64,000 nt of DNA from Sphaerodactylus townsendi (lineage: Eukaryota), in contig NC_059426.1 in assembly GCF_021028975.2 (NCBI RefSeq), forward strand, positions 105,896,001 through 105,960,000, read 5' to 3'. The first letter of the stretch is position 1, and every line of letters starts with the position of its first letter. The translations under genes and the position numbers were made by a program. Positions 37,361-49,656 of this stretch are shown here, piece by piece. The notes under the pieces were generated by a model. That model had not been told where the DNA came from and searched no databases. It worked only from the letters and a program-made list of their open reading frames with translations.

Positions 37361-39546
37361 AAAATGGAAAATGGAAGTCCAGTTTAAAAAAAATCGAAAA
37401 TGGAAAGTCCAGTTTGGCTGATGAAGAATATGAGAGGGAACACAAATGGTGGCAAAAGAGAAGCAAGTTAGCTGTAAGGGAGGCAAAAAAGGATTATGAG
37501 GAACACATGGCTGCGAACATCAAGACCAGCAACAAACAGTTCTTCAAGTACATCAAAAGCAGGAAGCCAACAAGGGAAGCGGTAGGCCCATTAGATGACA
37601 AAGGAACAAAGGGTGTGCTAAAAGATGGCAGGGAGATTGCAGAGAAGCTGAATGAATTCTTTGCATCTGTCTTCACCCAAGAGGAGGTGAGGAACATTCC
37701 TGCACCTGAACCAAGCTTCTTAGGAGGCGAATCCGAGGAACTAGCGAAGATAGTGATAGACAAGGAAGAAGTTCTGGCAGTCATTGATAAACTAAATGTT
37801 ACCAAATCCCCTGTCCCAGATTGCATTCACCCATGAGTTCTTAAAGAGCTCAAGCATGAAATTGCTGATCTTCTCACTTTAATATGCAACTTATCCCTGA
37901 AATCAGGCTCCATCCCTGAAGACTGGAAGATGGCGAATGTCACATTAATCTTTAAGAAAGGATCTAGGGGGGACCCGGGAAATTACAGGCCAGTCAGTTT
38001 GACATCTGTTCCTGGTAAATTAGTAGAATCTATCATTAAAGATAAAATTATAAAACATGTAGAAAAGCAAGACCTGCTGAGAAAGGAGTCAGCATGGCTT
38101 TTGCAGAGGCAAATCCTGTCTTACAAACTACTAGAGTTCTTTGAAGGGGTGTAAACAGGCATGTGGACAGGGAATTGAACCGGTTTGGACATTGTCTACT
38201 TGGATTTCCAAAAGGCTTTTGACAAGAGTTCCCTCACCAGGAGACTGTTGAGAAAACTCAGCAATGAAAGGGAATAAGAGGGGGAAGTCCTCCTATGGAT
38301 TAAAACTAGGTTGAGAAAGCAAGGAAACAAAGAGAATTGGAGTGTAAATGGGGAAGTTCTCACAATGGAGAGATGTAGGGAGTGAGGGTGTCCCCCAAGG
38401 ATCCGTTTTGGGACCAGTGCTCTTTAACCTATTCACCACAAATGACCTGGAAGTAGGGGTGGAGTAAGCGTGGTGGCCAAGTTTGCAGATTGATACCAAA
38501 TTATGTAGGGTGGTGAGGGAACCACAAAGGATTGAGAGCTCCAAAGCGGACCTTGATATAGAATTAGGTGGAGTGGGCTCCAGAAATGGCAAATGCAGTT
38601 CAATGTAGCCAAAATGTAAAGTGATGCCACATAGGGGGGCAAAAAAAAATCCAGAAAAGCTTCACATACTGCGCTACAGGGGTCCAGTGCTATCAGTCTG
38701 TAGAACCAGGAAAGGGATTTAAGTGTCTTAGTTGAAAGTAGTTCCATGGGAATGTCAACTCTCAATGCATAACAGCTGTTGAAAAAAGGCAAACTCTAGG
38801 CTGGGGATCATTAGAAAAGGAATTGATAATAAAACTGCAAAAGATTGTCATGCCCTTATATATAAAGCAGTGGATGCGAGGCAGCACTTGGAGTACTGTG
38901 TCCAGTTCACAATGAGTAGCCGCATCTCAAAAGGATATTGAGGGAGATCCCGAAAAAGTGCAGAGAAGGGCAACGAGGATGATTGAGGGACTGGAGCACC
39001 TTCCCTATGAGGAGAGGCTGCAGCGTTTGGGACTCTTTAGTTTGGAGAGGAGGCGGCTGAGGGGGGGTATGATTGAAGTCTACAAAATTATGCATGGGGT
39101 AGAAAGAAATGTTGACAGAGAGAAATTTTTCTCTCTTTCTCACAATACTAGAACCAGGGGGCATTCATTGAAAATGCTGGGGGGAAGAATTAGGACTAAT
39201 AAAAGGAAACACTTCTTCACGCAACGTGTGATTGGTGTTTGGAATACGCTGCCACAGGAGGTGGTGATGGCCACTAACCTGGATAGCTTTAAAAGGGGCT
39301 TGGACAGATTTATGGAGGAGAAGTCGATTTATGGTTACCAATCTTGATCCTCTTTGATCTGAGATTGCAAATGCCTTAACAGACCAGGTGATCGGGAGCA
39401 ACAGCCGCAGAAGGCCATTGCGTTCACATCCTACATGTGAGCTCCCAAAGGCACCTGGTGGGCCACTGCGAGTAGCAGAGAGCTGGACTAGATGGACTTT
39501 GGTCTGATCCAGCTGGCTTGTTCTTATGTTCTTATGTTCTTATGTT
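37361..39546 (+). mobile_element. Young 5'-truncated CR1 LINE, same subfamily as 24131-25715
   Basis: Peptides KQFFKYIKSRK...AEKLNEFFASVFT, MANVTLIFKKGSRGDPGNYRPVSLTSV and [20 protein letters not shown]. The 3' region is essentially identical to the reverse complement of 24131-24700. (TTCTTATG)n tail. Confidence 0.95.
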
Positions 39547-39549
39547 TAT

Positions 39550-39720
39550 TAAATTTAACTATTTAATCCTTTAGAGCCATATATATGTTATTATAGCTGT
39601 ATTTGTTATGTTTTAAACTGTGCTCTACTTCGATTTATATGTTGTGCACCGCCCAGAGCCCTTTGGGGGAGGGCGGCATATAAAACTAATAAATAAATTA
39701 ATAGATAAATAAATAAATAC
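39550..39720 (+). mobile_element. L2 3' tail
   Basis: tgtgcaccgcccagagccctttgggggagggcgg...(TAAA)n. Similar tails occur at about 48905-48970, 63160-63215 and, reversed, 23700-23760. Confidence 0.75.
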
Positions 39721-41691
39721 ATTTACCAGCCAACTTTTCCCAGCCAAAGGACAAGCTCAGAGTGACTTACAGACATAGTTACAATATATAAAGCTACACA
39801 ATATGCAATTAAATTGTAACAATGAGCACTAGCAAAAAATTAAAATCAAATTTATCATCATAATCACACAACTACTGATGGTGACTAACAGATCTAAAAT
39901 TTCAATGGGCTCCAACAATGGGCCATAGTATAACTAAACCAACATTCTCCTCCCCATTTATAACTACTCTTTGGGTTCCATTCTCCAAACAGCTTCCATC
40001 CAACTAACTGTCCTACAGCCCAGTCTACAGACATCCAATTTACTCATCAGAACATCATATGGGATCCTGTCAAATGCCTTATAAAAAGTTTCCTGGTTTT
40101 TCCCACTATATCATTCTGTTTGCATTGCAATTTTGTTGACTTCTCCAGATCATCATGTTGCCCTTCAGATGCTTGCAGACTGACGCTTTAAAATCTGCTC
40201 CAGTAACAATTTCTGGCCCCGAGGTCAAACTGACTGGGGAGAGGGCTATAGGGAAAGGGAAGTGCCTGTAGTTTCCTGGGTCATTCTTCCTCCCTTTTTT
40301 GAAAATTGGGATAACATTCACCCTCCTCTGGTCTTGTGGCGCATCTCCCATCCTCAAAGAGGCCTTGAAGATGATAGACAAAGGCTTTGCAGGTTCAGTA
40401 GCCCACAGGATCCTGTTTGCTGTTTGGACTTGATCCCTGCCTATTTTAACTTTGCTTCTGGCACCTAACTCTGAATCTGGCCACAGCAGTGCAGTACATT
40501 CTGCACTTGAACCTGACACAAATTCAAAGCATGATCACACTTTCCTAACAGATCTAGGTGAGGGTGTCACCACTTCTCTAAATAACTTATGTTTTTTGAT
40601 GTGTTGGCAAATATGTATGCTTATGTTCCATTGATTCCAGTGACATTTAGGCATATCTATATTTTTCTATATTTCTACTTCTAAATAGTGGATCAGCCAA
40701 TAACAATAATGAATATTATTAGAGGATTAACAACTTTCATGTATGCATACTAGGGAGAACTCAGTGCAAACAGATACAGAGACATTATTTGATCACAAGT
40801 GAATTCACAGTTTTTGGCAAGGAAAAGATCACCAGGTCCTCTAAGAGCAGTGCAAAACAACTGTTTCATATACAAAAAAACAAAGATAATAGCAATATAA
40901 ATAGTTTGAAGTTAAGGATTATTTTTCCCTTAAACTGGATGACCACGTAAATGTTGGATGTTCATGAAAGCTAGGATATATTTAGCAATTCAGTGCAATG
41001 ACTGTTCAAGCCAAGAGGTTGACAAAAGTCTGCAAATGATGTCCAGACTAAACAAATATGATAAAGTGAGTGAAAAACAAAGCGAAAGAAAATAATTACT
41101 CCACAGGATAGCGTACAAGATGTTATTCAGATGATACATCTTATATTCTAATAGCAAAGTTGGCCAAGCCTTTGGATACTTTAATCTGGAGCTGTGAAGG
41201 GTCAAGGTTGATTTTTCTACAAACCTGAAAGGGGGCCCAGATTTGCAGAAAAATATGAAATCCTTTTTTAAAAATTGGAATGTTTGAAAAACCTGAATTG
41301 TAAAAGGAGTGACCGTTGGTTTAAGCAACCAACTCCCTCAATGGCTGTTGTTAGGTAGCCATAGCATTGCAAGCTGCGCTTTCTGGGAGTAGAAGGCAAG
41401 GGGGTGGGGAAGGGCCTTTTCAGGCCTATTTTGACCTTTAAGAGAGGACTCACTGGGGCCACACCTAGTGTTCCCATCAGTAGGTTGGAAAATTCCTGGA
41501 AATATTGTGCTGAAGTCTGAGGAAGGTAGGGTTTGGGCAGTGAAACGACTTCAGCAAGGTATAATGTCACAGAATCCACCCTTTAAAGCTACCATTTTCT
41601 CCAGAGGGACAGATCTCTGTCACCTGGAGTTCGATTGTAATTCTGGGAGATCTCCTAGTCCCACTTGCAGTTTGCCAACCCTAGGCCTAGA

Positions 41692-41992
41692 ACAGTGAGG
41701 GTGAGCCTTTTTGAGACCAAGTGCCCAAATTGCAACCCAAAACCCACTTATTTATGGCAATTTAACCTGAATACTGAGGTTTTCATTTAGAAAAAATGGT
41801 TAGCTCGAAGGCACGCGTTACTCGGCAGTAAGCTTGGTGAAGTAACTGCACAATACTTCGAATGGGTGAATCATCACCCTTGGAGGGTTTACTCAGAAGC
41901 AAGGCCAGCCTAGATATGTGGGGGAGGTGATTTTCTGCCCCCCACATGATGAACTCTGTGCATGTGTGCCCACAGAGAGGGCTCTGAGTGCC
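41692..41992. mobile_element. hAT element fragment related to the CAGTG(A/G)TGGCGAACCT family
   Basis: Starts cagtgagggtgagcctttttgagac and ends gagagggctctgagtgcc, where a SINE truncates it. Confidence 0.55.
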
Positions 41993-42236
41993 TATAGGAG
42001 ACTCAAAGGGGCTTACAAACTCCTTTCCCTTCCCCCTTCACAACAAACACCCTGCGTGGTAGGTGGAGGTGAGAGAGCTCAGAAGAACTGTGATTAGCCC
42101 AAGGTTACCCAGCTGGCATGTGTTGGAGTGAACTGACTAATCTGAATTTCCCAGATAAGCCTCTACAGCTCAGGCGGCAGAGTGGGGAATCAAACCCAGT
42201 TCCTCCAGATTAGAGCTCTTAACCACTACACCACTG
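41993..42236 (-). mobile_element. Squam3-type SINE
   Basis: Reverse-complement homolog of 10668-10930 (ggagactcaaaggggcttacaa, caacaaacaccctg, taagcctctacagctcagg). Confidence 0.85.
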
Positions 42237-42713
42237 TAGTGATATTTCCTGCTTCTGAGATCCTATGGAAGATTCCTCTACAACTAATCCCTGTGCATGC
42301 TAATATAATTTATGTCTGCCTGCACCTTAATGAAAAGCATCATAATGGAATTTGTTTATAAAAAATATAAAACCACAAAAAACACCAATCTCCACTATAC
42401 TGGGTACACTTCCCTATTTAAAATTAGATGCTATACCATAAACTCCACATTTTATCAGAAATCTGCAAATCCGCATAAATGAAATGACAGGACTGAGTTT
42501 TTTAAAAATTAAATATAGTACTTCACAGCTTTAAACTATGTCTATTGACAATCAACCCTGTAATTACTGGATTTCAAGATTACAGTGTAATGTGACACAA
42601 CATGGTTCACACGGGTTTGTTTTACGCTGTAATCCAGCCACTCCTGTTGAGTGCTCATCATGCAAAACAGAATTGGAGAAGCAACGTGAATTCTTCATGA
42701 TTTAGCAGATGAT

Positions 42714-43126
42714 GAGATCTTAACACAGAACTCTGGGAAGATAGAGAATATGCTACAATGGCCAAATTAACAGATCTTGTAAACAGATGGTTGAAACAGG
42801 AGTTTGATAAGAAATGGGAACTGTATTTCTTTTATGAGGTGGAATTGCTTATGTAAGAACAATAAGAATATCAATTTGTTATCGATTAAATTATAAATAA
42901 CTGCTTACTAGACACTTATTGTTGTGTTGGAACTAAAGGTTAGAAGGTAATGAATTTTAAAACTATGCAATGTTCTCTCTAAATTATATTAGTGTTGTAA
43001 TTCTAAGATCCAATGTATTAGAGCTAAGACAGAGTTTATGAGTTACTGTATTTTCTTTATCCTCTTTCTATATTTTTAAATATGTTTTAAACTATATTTG
43101 AGAAAATTAATAAAAATATTATAAAA
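42714..43126 (+). mobile_element. 5'-truncated L1-clade LINE 3' end
   Basis: 17-bp TSD atgatttagcagatgat (42697-42713, 43127-43143), ORF2-end-like peptide EYATMAKLTDLVNRWLKQEFDKKWELYF, and aataaa plus an A-rich tail. Confidence 0.75.
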
Positions 43127-43355
43127 ATGATTTAGCAGATGATACTTAGTAATAATTGGAATGATTTAGCAGATGATACTTGGGAATAATTGGAATACTT
43201 TAAAAATGAAAGTATATTGATAGCGTTCAGTAAATTCCTTTAGTCATTTATTTAATAATTCAAGGTGAATTATTAAAGTGTAATAACAATAAATACAAGT
43301 ATAATATATACAAAACAATGCTATAAAATTGAACTACACACTCAGATTTTTTTTT

Positions 43356-43632
43356 AAAGGTAAAGTTTTCCCTTCAGTCGTGTCCGACCCTGAGGTACCA
43401 CTGCGAGCAGTGATTTTATAGGCAAGCCGCTTTTGTGGGGTAGTTTGCCATTGCTTTCCCCGGCTATTCTTTACCCCCTAGCGATGAGCTAGGTACTCAT
43501 TTACCGACTAAGAAATGGATGGATGGCTGAGTTGACCATGAGCCAGCTGCCAGGATATCTGACGCACAGGGGGCTCGAACTCCTGACCGTGTGAGTGGCA
43601 GTGCAAGAACTTAACCACTACGCCATGCAACT
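43356..43632 (-). mobile_element. Sauria SINE
   Basis: (ACCTTT)-type tail (aaaggtaaag), cagtcgtgtccgac Bov-B-like 3' end, ggtactcatttaccgac, and a tRNA-like head (ggctcgaactc, ttaaccactacgcca). Confidence 0.8.
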
Positions 43633-44927
43633 CGAACACACTCAGATAACAATGACATAAATAACATAACACATCCAATTAACAATGCCATGTGTCTGTG
43701 GAGGGGATTTTTTTTCCACAGACCCTTTAGAGTACATCCCAATTCCCTTAACAAAAAGTGTGCCTCTGCACCATCCCATTTTGCCACATCCCTATTTAAC
43801 AAATCCCAAATCCCCTTTACAAAAATACAGTCTGAATTATTGAACAGCTCTGAACTGAATAGCAATGTATCACAGGCACAAATAATCACCAAGAATTTAT
43901 TTATGTCACTTTTCAACTTTTATTTAGAAAGCCTTGTAAACCCTAAACATAACAACATAAGGCTACAATCAGATGGCATGATTACTCAGTTATTCTCTCT
44001 TCCAAGAAAATATTAAAGTTTTATATTCATCCTGTTTCCCCTGCCCACTGAGTCTTGCTGCCTCCACTGCCTCACACCTCATCAGTGAGGCAGCCTAAAG
44101 ATTTCTCCCCCTAGCAGGTTCCTGCTCCCCACGTCTGCCAAGCCATGTTCAAATATGCACAGAATAATGGTTTTGATAATGGCAACACTTAAAGATGAAT
44201 GATAATTCTCATATTCATTTGGAACTATTTTCTAATGTGGAAGCATACTATTTCCTCTTCTGCTGCACCATAACTGACCACACTTTAACTTTTTAGTGGA
44301 AAAGAGTATAGTTTAATAGGGTTGCCAGCCTTCTCCCAGAATTAAAATGGTGGTCCAGATTACAGAGATCTGTTCTGCTGGAGGAAAGGGTCAGAGGGTA
44401 TCACATCCTCTTATGGTATTCACCTTCCAAATCACCAGGATTTTCCTAACCTGAAGTTGGCACTCCTATAGTTGAAACTGTGTTTTGCTGAACTAAATAT
44501 ATTTTGTATAGCAGACATATGAAACTACCCAGAGTCTGTTTAGAAGTCCTCATTTGTTTGTGGTGTACAAACAGTAATTATACAAACATCTGAATACAGC
44601 CCAAGAATGTCTTTTCTTGTTTGCAGAATGCTGGCAATGATATAAGCAGAAATCCTTTGGAAGAATATGCCAGATCTTCAGGTCCTGCTTCTTGTGAAAA
44701 TCAGTCTGGCCTGGATAAAAGTAGGAATCTGAAACAGGGCCTCATTGGCTAATGTTAAATTTTAAGAAGTTCTGTAAGGGCCACCGACACTCTCTGGGCT
44801 AACTAGGATCCAGGCGATTAGAGAGTAATTGATCAAAACATCCTTTTCAGCTTGACACATTATAGAATAGATCATCATGGTCTCAGCAAGAAAAATGCAA
44901 AAGGAATGGACAGCTATTGTGGTAAAG

Positions 44928-45576
44928 CAGGGGTCCCCAAACTATGGCCCGGGGGCCAAATGTGGCCCAGCAGCCCCACAGAAGGCATTTTATCGGCCCG
45001 CCAGGCATGGCGGTGATGGCTCCATTCATGTGCAGTGGGGGCTCCAGGGAGAGGAGGAACTGGCCCCAACGGCTGTTGATTGCAATTACATGATGGCACC
45101 CCCAAATCTCCATGAATTTTCTGACCCAGAGTTGGAAACCTTACACGTGGCAACTCCTGCTCCACCCTTCCCTCTCGGCTACTCCATGTGTTGCTCTCAG
45201 GCTTTCTGTTCCGCCTCACTCCCATTGGCATCAGCCAGGCTGGTGAATCGCTCGCTGGCTGCTAGGGAGGAAGAACCCAGGAAGATACCTAATCCTGGGT
45301 TAGATGGAATGCTTCATTGGGAAAGTTCTGCTTTTTTTTTTTACAGGGGAAGGTACTCCACAGCCTCCCCAACAATATTTGGAGCCCACCCTGTACTTGA
45401 CATACTTTGGTCACTGTTCTAAAAATAGACCATGACAGAAAGGCTGAAAGGTGAAATCAAACATTTTACAATCATTTGTGCATAGGAATTTGTTCATAGT
45501 TTTTTTTTAGTCCGGCCCTCCAACAGTCTGAGGGACAGTGAACTGGCCCCCTGTTTAAAAAGTTTGGGGACCCCTG
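44928..45576. mobile_element. Non-autonomous hAT-Charlie element (649 bp) with OposCharlie1/OC1-like ends, inserted in a SINE remnant
   Basis: Perfect 16-bp TIR caggggtccccaaact; TSD tggtaaag / tggtagag (7/8). Confidence 0.88.
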
Positions 45577-46134
45577 TGGTAGAGTGTCAGATTTGTATTG
45601 GAGTTTAATCTCTATTTAGCCATGTAGATCACTGGGTGACTTTCTGCCTAACAAACTCTCCAACTTACTGTGTCACACAAATTGTTGTAAGATGAAGAAA
45701 TGAACCAAGTATGCTGCCCTGCACTCCTTGAAGGAAGTGTGAGCCAACATATAATAATGGTCATTACAGCCCTCACTACCCCAACATAGCAGTTTCAATG
45801 TTCAGAGTGAAAATGCAATACGAAGTGTACACTGTATTTCTACAAAACAATTTGCCTTTATTCTTTTTTAACAGCATATTTACTGTTGCTCTTTGCCACC
45901 TCCTAAAGTCTCCCTCCCCACCCCCACTACAGCCCATATTTACACAATTGAAAGCAGGAGTGATTAGCCTTCAGAAAAGATGGATAAATCCCATTCATAG
46001 TATGTTTTTTACTTGTTCCCAAACTATACTCTGTAAAATTACACATGGGTAGTATTTTCAGTTGAAAAATTAGCATTATGCAAGGTTGCCCATCTCACTA
46101 AGTTGTACATAGCTCAGAATCCATATACTGAAAT

Positions 46135-46691
46135 TAGGGTTGCCAACACTGGGTAGGGAAATTTCTGGAGATTTGGGGTAGAGATTGGAAAGAGCAGAAT
46201 TTAGGAAGAGGAGGGAGATAGGGGTTCCAGAATGCCACCTGACACCTCCAAGATGGGGCAGGCACAGGGGCACTTATGCCATGCCAGCTTGTTTTTCATT
46301 TCATTTCATAACCTTTATTGGCATAAGGATGCCAGCTTGTGATATCACTTTCTGCAGAAAAACCATGGAGGTTTAACCATGGAGCTTTTGGCAAATCCTA
46401 GAGTGTTGCCCCTAATGTCAGGATGTCACTTCTGATTTTAGCTGGAAATTGCCATGTGACAGCTTGATGTGGATGCCCCACATTTCCCCCTAATTTTTTT
46501 CCTGCTGACCTTTTGAGGTGTGCCATAGAAAAGATTCCATGGACCCCTAGGAAACAGTAAGCAGGGATGTTATGCTATACTGTTCATCTTCCAAAGCTGC
46601 CATTTTCTCTAGGGGAACTGATCTCTATACTTTGGAGATCAGCCATAATTCCAGGAGAACACCAGGACTCACTGGGAGATTGGCAACCCTA
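46135..46691. mobile_element. TAGGGTTGCCA-TIR non-autonomous element (hAT-Blackjack-like)
   Basis: Inverted ends tagggttgccaa ... ttggcaacccta; TSD not resolved. Confidence 0.6.
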
Positions 46692-49555
46692 TGTGAGGAC
46701 TATCTGGAGGACTGGATTAGCTTCCTTTCCCTTCCTGGTTTCTTGGGATCGTAACAATGGGATATGGATACACATGTGTTTGGCCAAACATCTGGTAGGG
46801 TTGTTTAGTTTAATGGATCGCAAATTGTAAAGCATGCAGATTGTTCCAGAATGAAAAGTATTACTAAGTATAATGTAGCAATCATGTGTATTTATTCATG
46901 CATCTGCCTTGCTCACATAAAGAGCATTTACTGGGAGGAAATTTATGGCTTGAATACCACTGATCTACCAATGGAAGCCACTTAAATATTTCACATGAGG
47001 TGCGCCCCCCCCCCGCATTTTCCAAAATTTCTGGAGTTTTTCACCAAAAAAAATGGTTAAAAGTCCTTTAAAAAGACCGTCCCCATTTTTTCAATATTAT
47101 CCCCAGTATTTATATCTTTACAACCGGTCAATACTCATTTTGTCTCATATTTTGTCTCATATTTTGTCTCATATTTTAAGATTAATGAATAAATAGCCAA
47201 CAAACATGTTTATGAAAATTAGTTCTCACTGCTAATCCCAGGACCCACTAACTCAAGGGCTGAATGCAGCCTCATATGTTGCTCACTTTGGGTGAGGATT
47301 GATTGGCATAGTGCCGGTGATGAGACATAAGGGGTGGGGTCCTGTAGAAACTAGTTGCTGTGGCTGCCAAGATGCCTATGATAAAACATTCTCTATCATG
47401 TAATTCTAGTTACTCTCTTTAATAATAAAAAGGCTGTCCTGTGAGTTCTCCTTCTGTTCATCTGTTTTTTTAAACAAATCAGGCTTCCACTGAGGCTCTA
47501 ACGCAGATCTCCTGCCATCTTGCTGTTTGTAAGTTCATGCCAGTTTTGTACACAAACAGAAAATGATATGCATTGCTGTGCCGGACTCTTTTTGAGAGAT
47601 GTACACGCTGTCTCAGATACAGATGTTAGTACAGTCAGTTGAGGTACAGCAGTTGGGAAAATTATATGCTTCCACATTAGAATATAGTTCCAAACAAATA
47701 TGAGAAATACCATTCATTTTTATATGCAGTCTTTATCAAAACCATTGTTTTGTGCATTATAGAACACGGTACTTTGATACACAAGCATTTATTGAATGAC
47801 TATCATCAAACATATGGGGGGAGTAGGGCAAGGTAGGCACTAGGTCCCAGGCAGAGCATTTTGCAACAAAGGACGTTTGACATGTTGAATTTTGTGGAAA
47901 AGGAATACACAATCTACTAACTTCTTTTTGTGAGACAGAGTATAGCATGCTTCCTCCACAAATAATGAAACCTGAAAGCAAGATACTCACAAGGTTTTAT
48001 TTAATACCATCTTAATGAACTTAAAGTATTCTTTGATGTACTTTTACTCATGAAAGCATGTTTTGTCCTGTTAGAATTACAAAGCATCCCAGGTTAAAGT
48101 GCTCTTTTTTGCAAGTAAGTTGCCTTGCCTTCCACCTGATTATGGAATGTTAGTTTTGTATGGCTCTTTAAGTTAACCTAGGCGGACATAAAAATACTTT
48201 GTCCTTTGCCAGGTTTTCTCCTTGAGTGTACAATAACTCTATCACTTACAATGAAAACTCTCTCCAAACATGATGGATAATGTCTGGAGGCAGATTTCCT
48301 CATTACAACAGTTGGTTTTAAACTTCTGAGTAATTTATTATTTTGAATACTTTTTACATCAGCATCCAGTGACCAAACTTCAGTTCCAGCAGTGCATAGT
48401 ACGCCTTTCTGAGGAACCAGTGCAATGCTCATTCTAAATCTAGGTGCTTATAACATTGTAGAAACTTGCCACTGCGTGAAGCCAGTTATTACCTAGGCAA
48501 ACACACCACCTGGATGACTCTGCAAGGAAATCCCAGTCTAGACCTGTTGCAACTATTCTGCTAATTCTGGTTTTAAACTATTACACTCCCATGACACCAT
48601 GCATGTTCTTGACATGGATCAGTGTTTTTTTGATCTCACAATGAAATCATTAAATCTATTTTTGTTTGCTTCCATAGTTTTTAATCCCAGAAGATAAATG
48701 AAGTGCACACTCAGGCAGTACTTTGTTCCTTTAATCTCCCTCACACTTATAGCTTTATCTTGTTTTTCTCCCTTTTTTCACACTCAGCTTTGTCAGTTGC
48801 ACCTGTAAAGATGACTCTGACTGAAGTTTTATCTCCATCTGTAGTCTCATTCTGTTTTTTGGCTTAATAATGATTTTATTGTTTGTTGTGATTTTATTGT
48901 TTGATTATGCTGTACACCGCCCAGAACCCTTTGGGGGTGGGTGGCATACTAAATTCAATAAATAAATAAATTTTATTACATAACATTTCTGGCTTACATT
49001 ATAAATTTATTCAAAGGTTCAGTGAATATTCTTTTTCAATCCTGACTTCAAAAAGGTGGTACAGAGTCAGAATGCAACTGGTTTTATCATTACTCTTGAT
49101 CTGCCTAACTGCTGAAATGTAAAATTCTAAAGCTAGAGAATGTTAGCCCTGAAGCACTCAGTCCATAAATCTTTCACAGGAAGTGACCAACTTCAACAGA
49201 CAAAATTCTCTGCAGGTTTAGTCTGCAGTGATGTCTAGTTCATATGGTTGGAATAGCCATCCGTCCCTTCTTGTGAGTTGCCCTGTCAAGAGTAAGTCTT
49301 GGGAGGAGACGATTCAAACCCTATCTACTGAACTCCCAGGAGGGTAATAAACACATGCCTCCTCCCAGGCATGCCACGGTTAACTATAAAGCAAAAGTTA
49401 TTATGATGTCTTTGTTCCTTCCCTTGACCAGTTCTGTAAGTGGGAACAGGGGCTAACTCCATGGAGCAGCTGGAGAGTGCTGGTAGCTGGAGTGCGTCGC
49501 AGCAAGAAATCTTATACTGATGCACTTCCTCCCTGGCACATGCCAGGAGTGGAAG

Positions 49556-49656
49556 CAGTGGTGGGATTCAAATAATTTAACAACTGGTTGTTTACAAGCA
49601 CCATTTTAACAACCGGTTCTGCCAAAATGGTGCAAACCTGCTGAATCCCACCACTG
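49556..49656. mobile_element. Minimal hAT MITE (101 bp), same family as 36036
   Basis: Perfect 15-bp TIR cagtggtgggattca; TSD agtggaag / agcggaag. Confidence 0.9.

Larger units (their letters stand above)
36880..40380 (-). mobile_element. Old CR1 fragment split by a ~2.6-kb nest of younger inserts
   Basis: CR1-like sequence stops at ...ccctcccatcagatgaa (~37315) and resumes at ccatttataactactctttggg (~39955). Peptide NVIPIFKKGRKNDPGNYR lies at about 40270-40320. Confidence 0.7.

Noticed and set aside
24131-39546. A single giant transposon with 1.6-kb terminal inverted repeats
   Set aside because: The arms are CR1 LINE 3' ends of different lengths. Copy 1 has its own TSD and private deletion, and no shared outer TSD or internal transposase was found.
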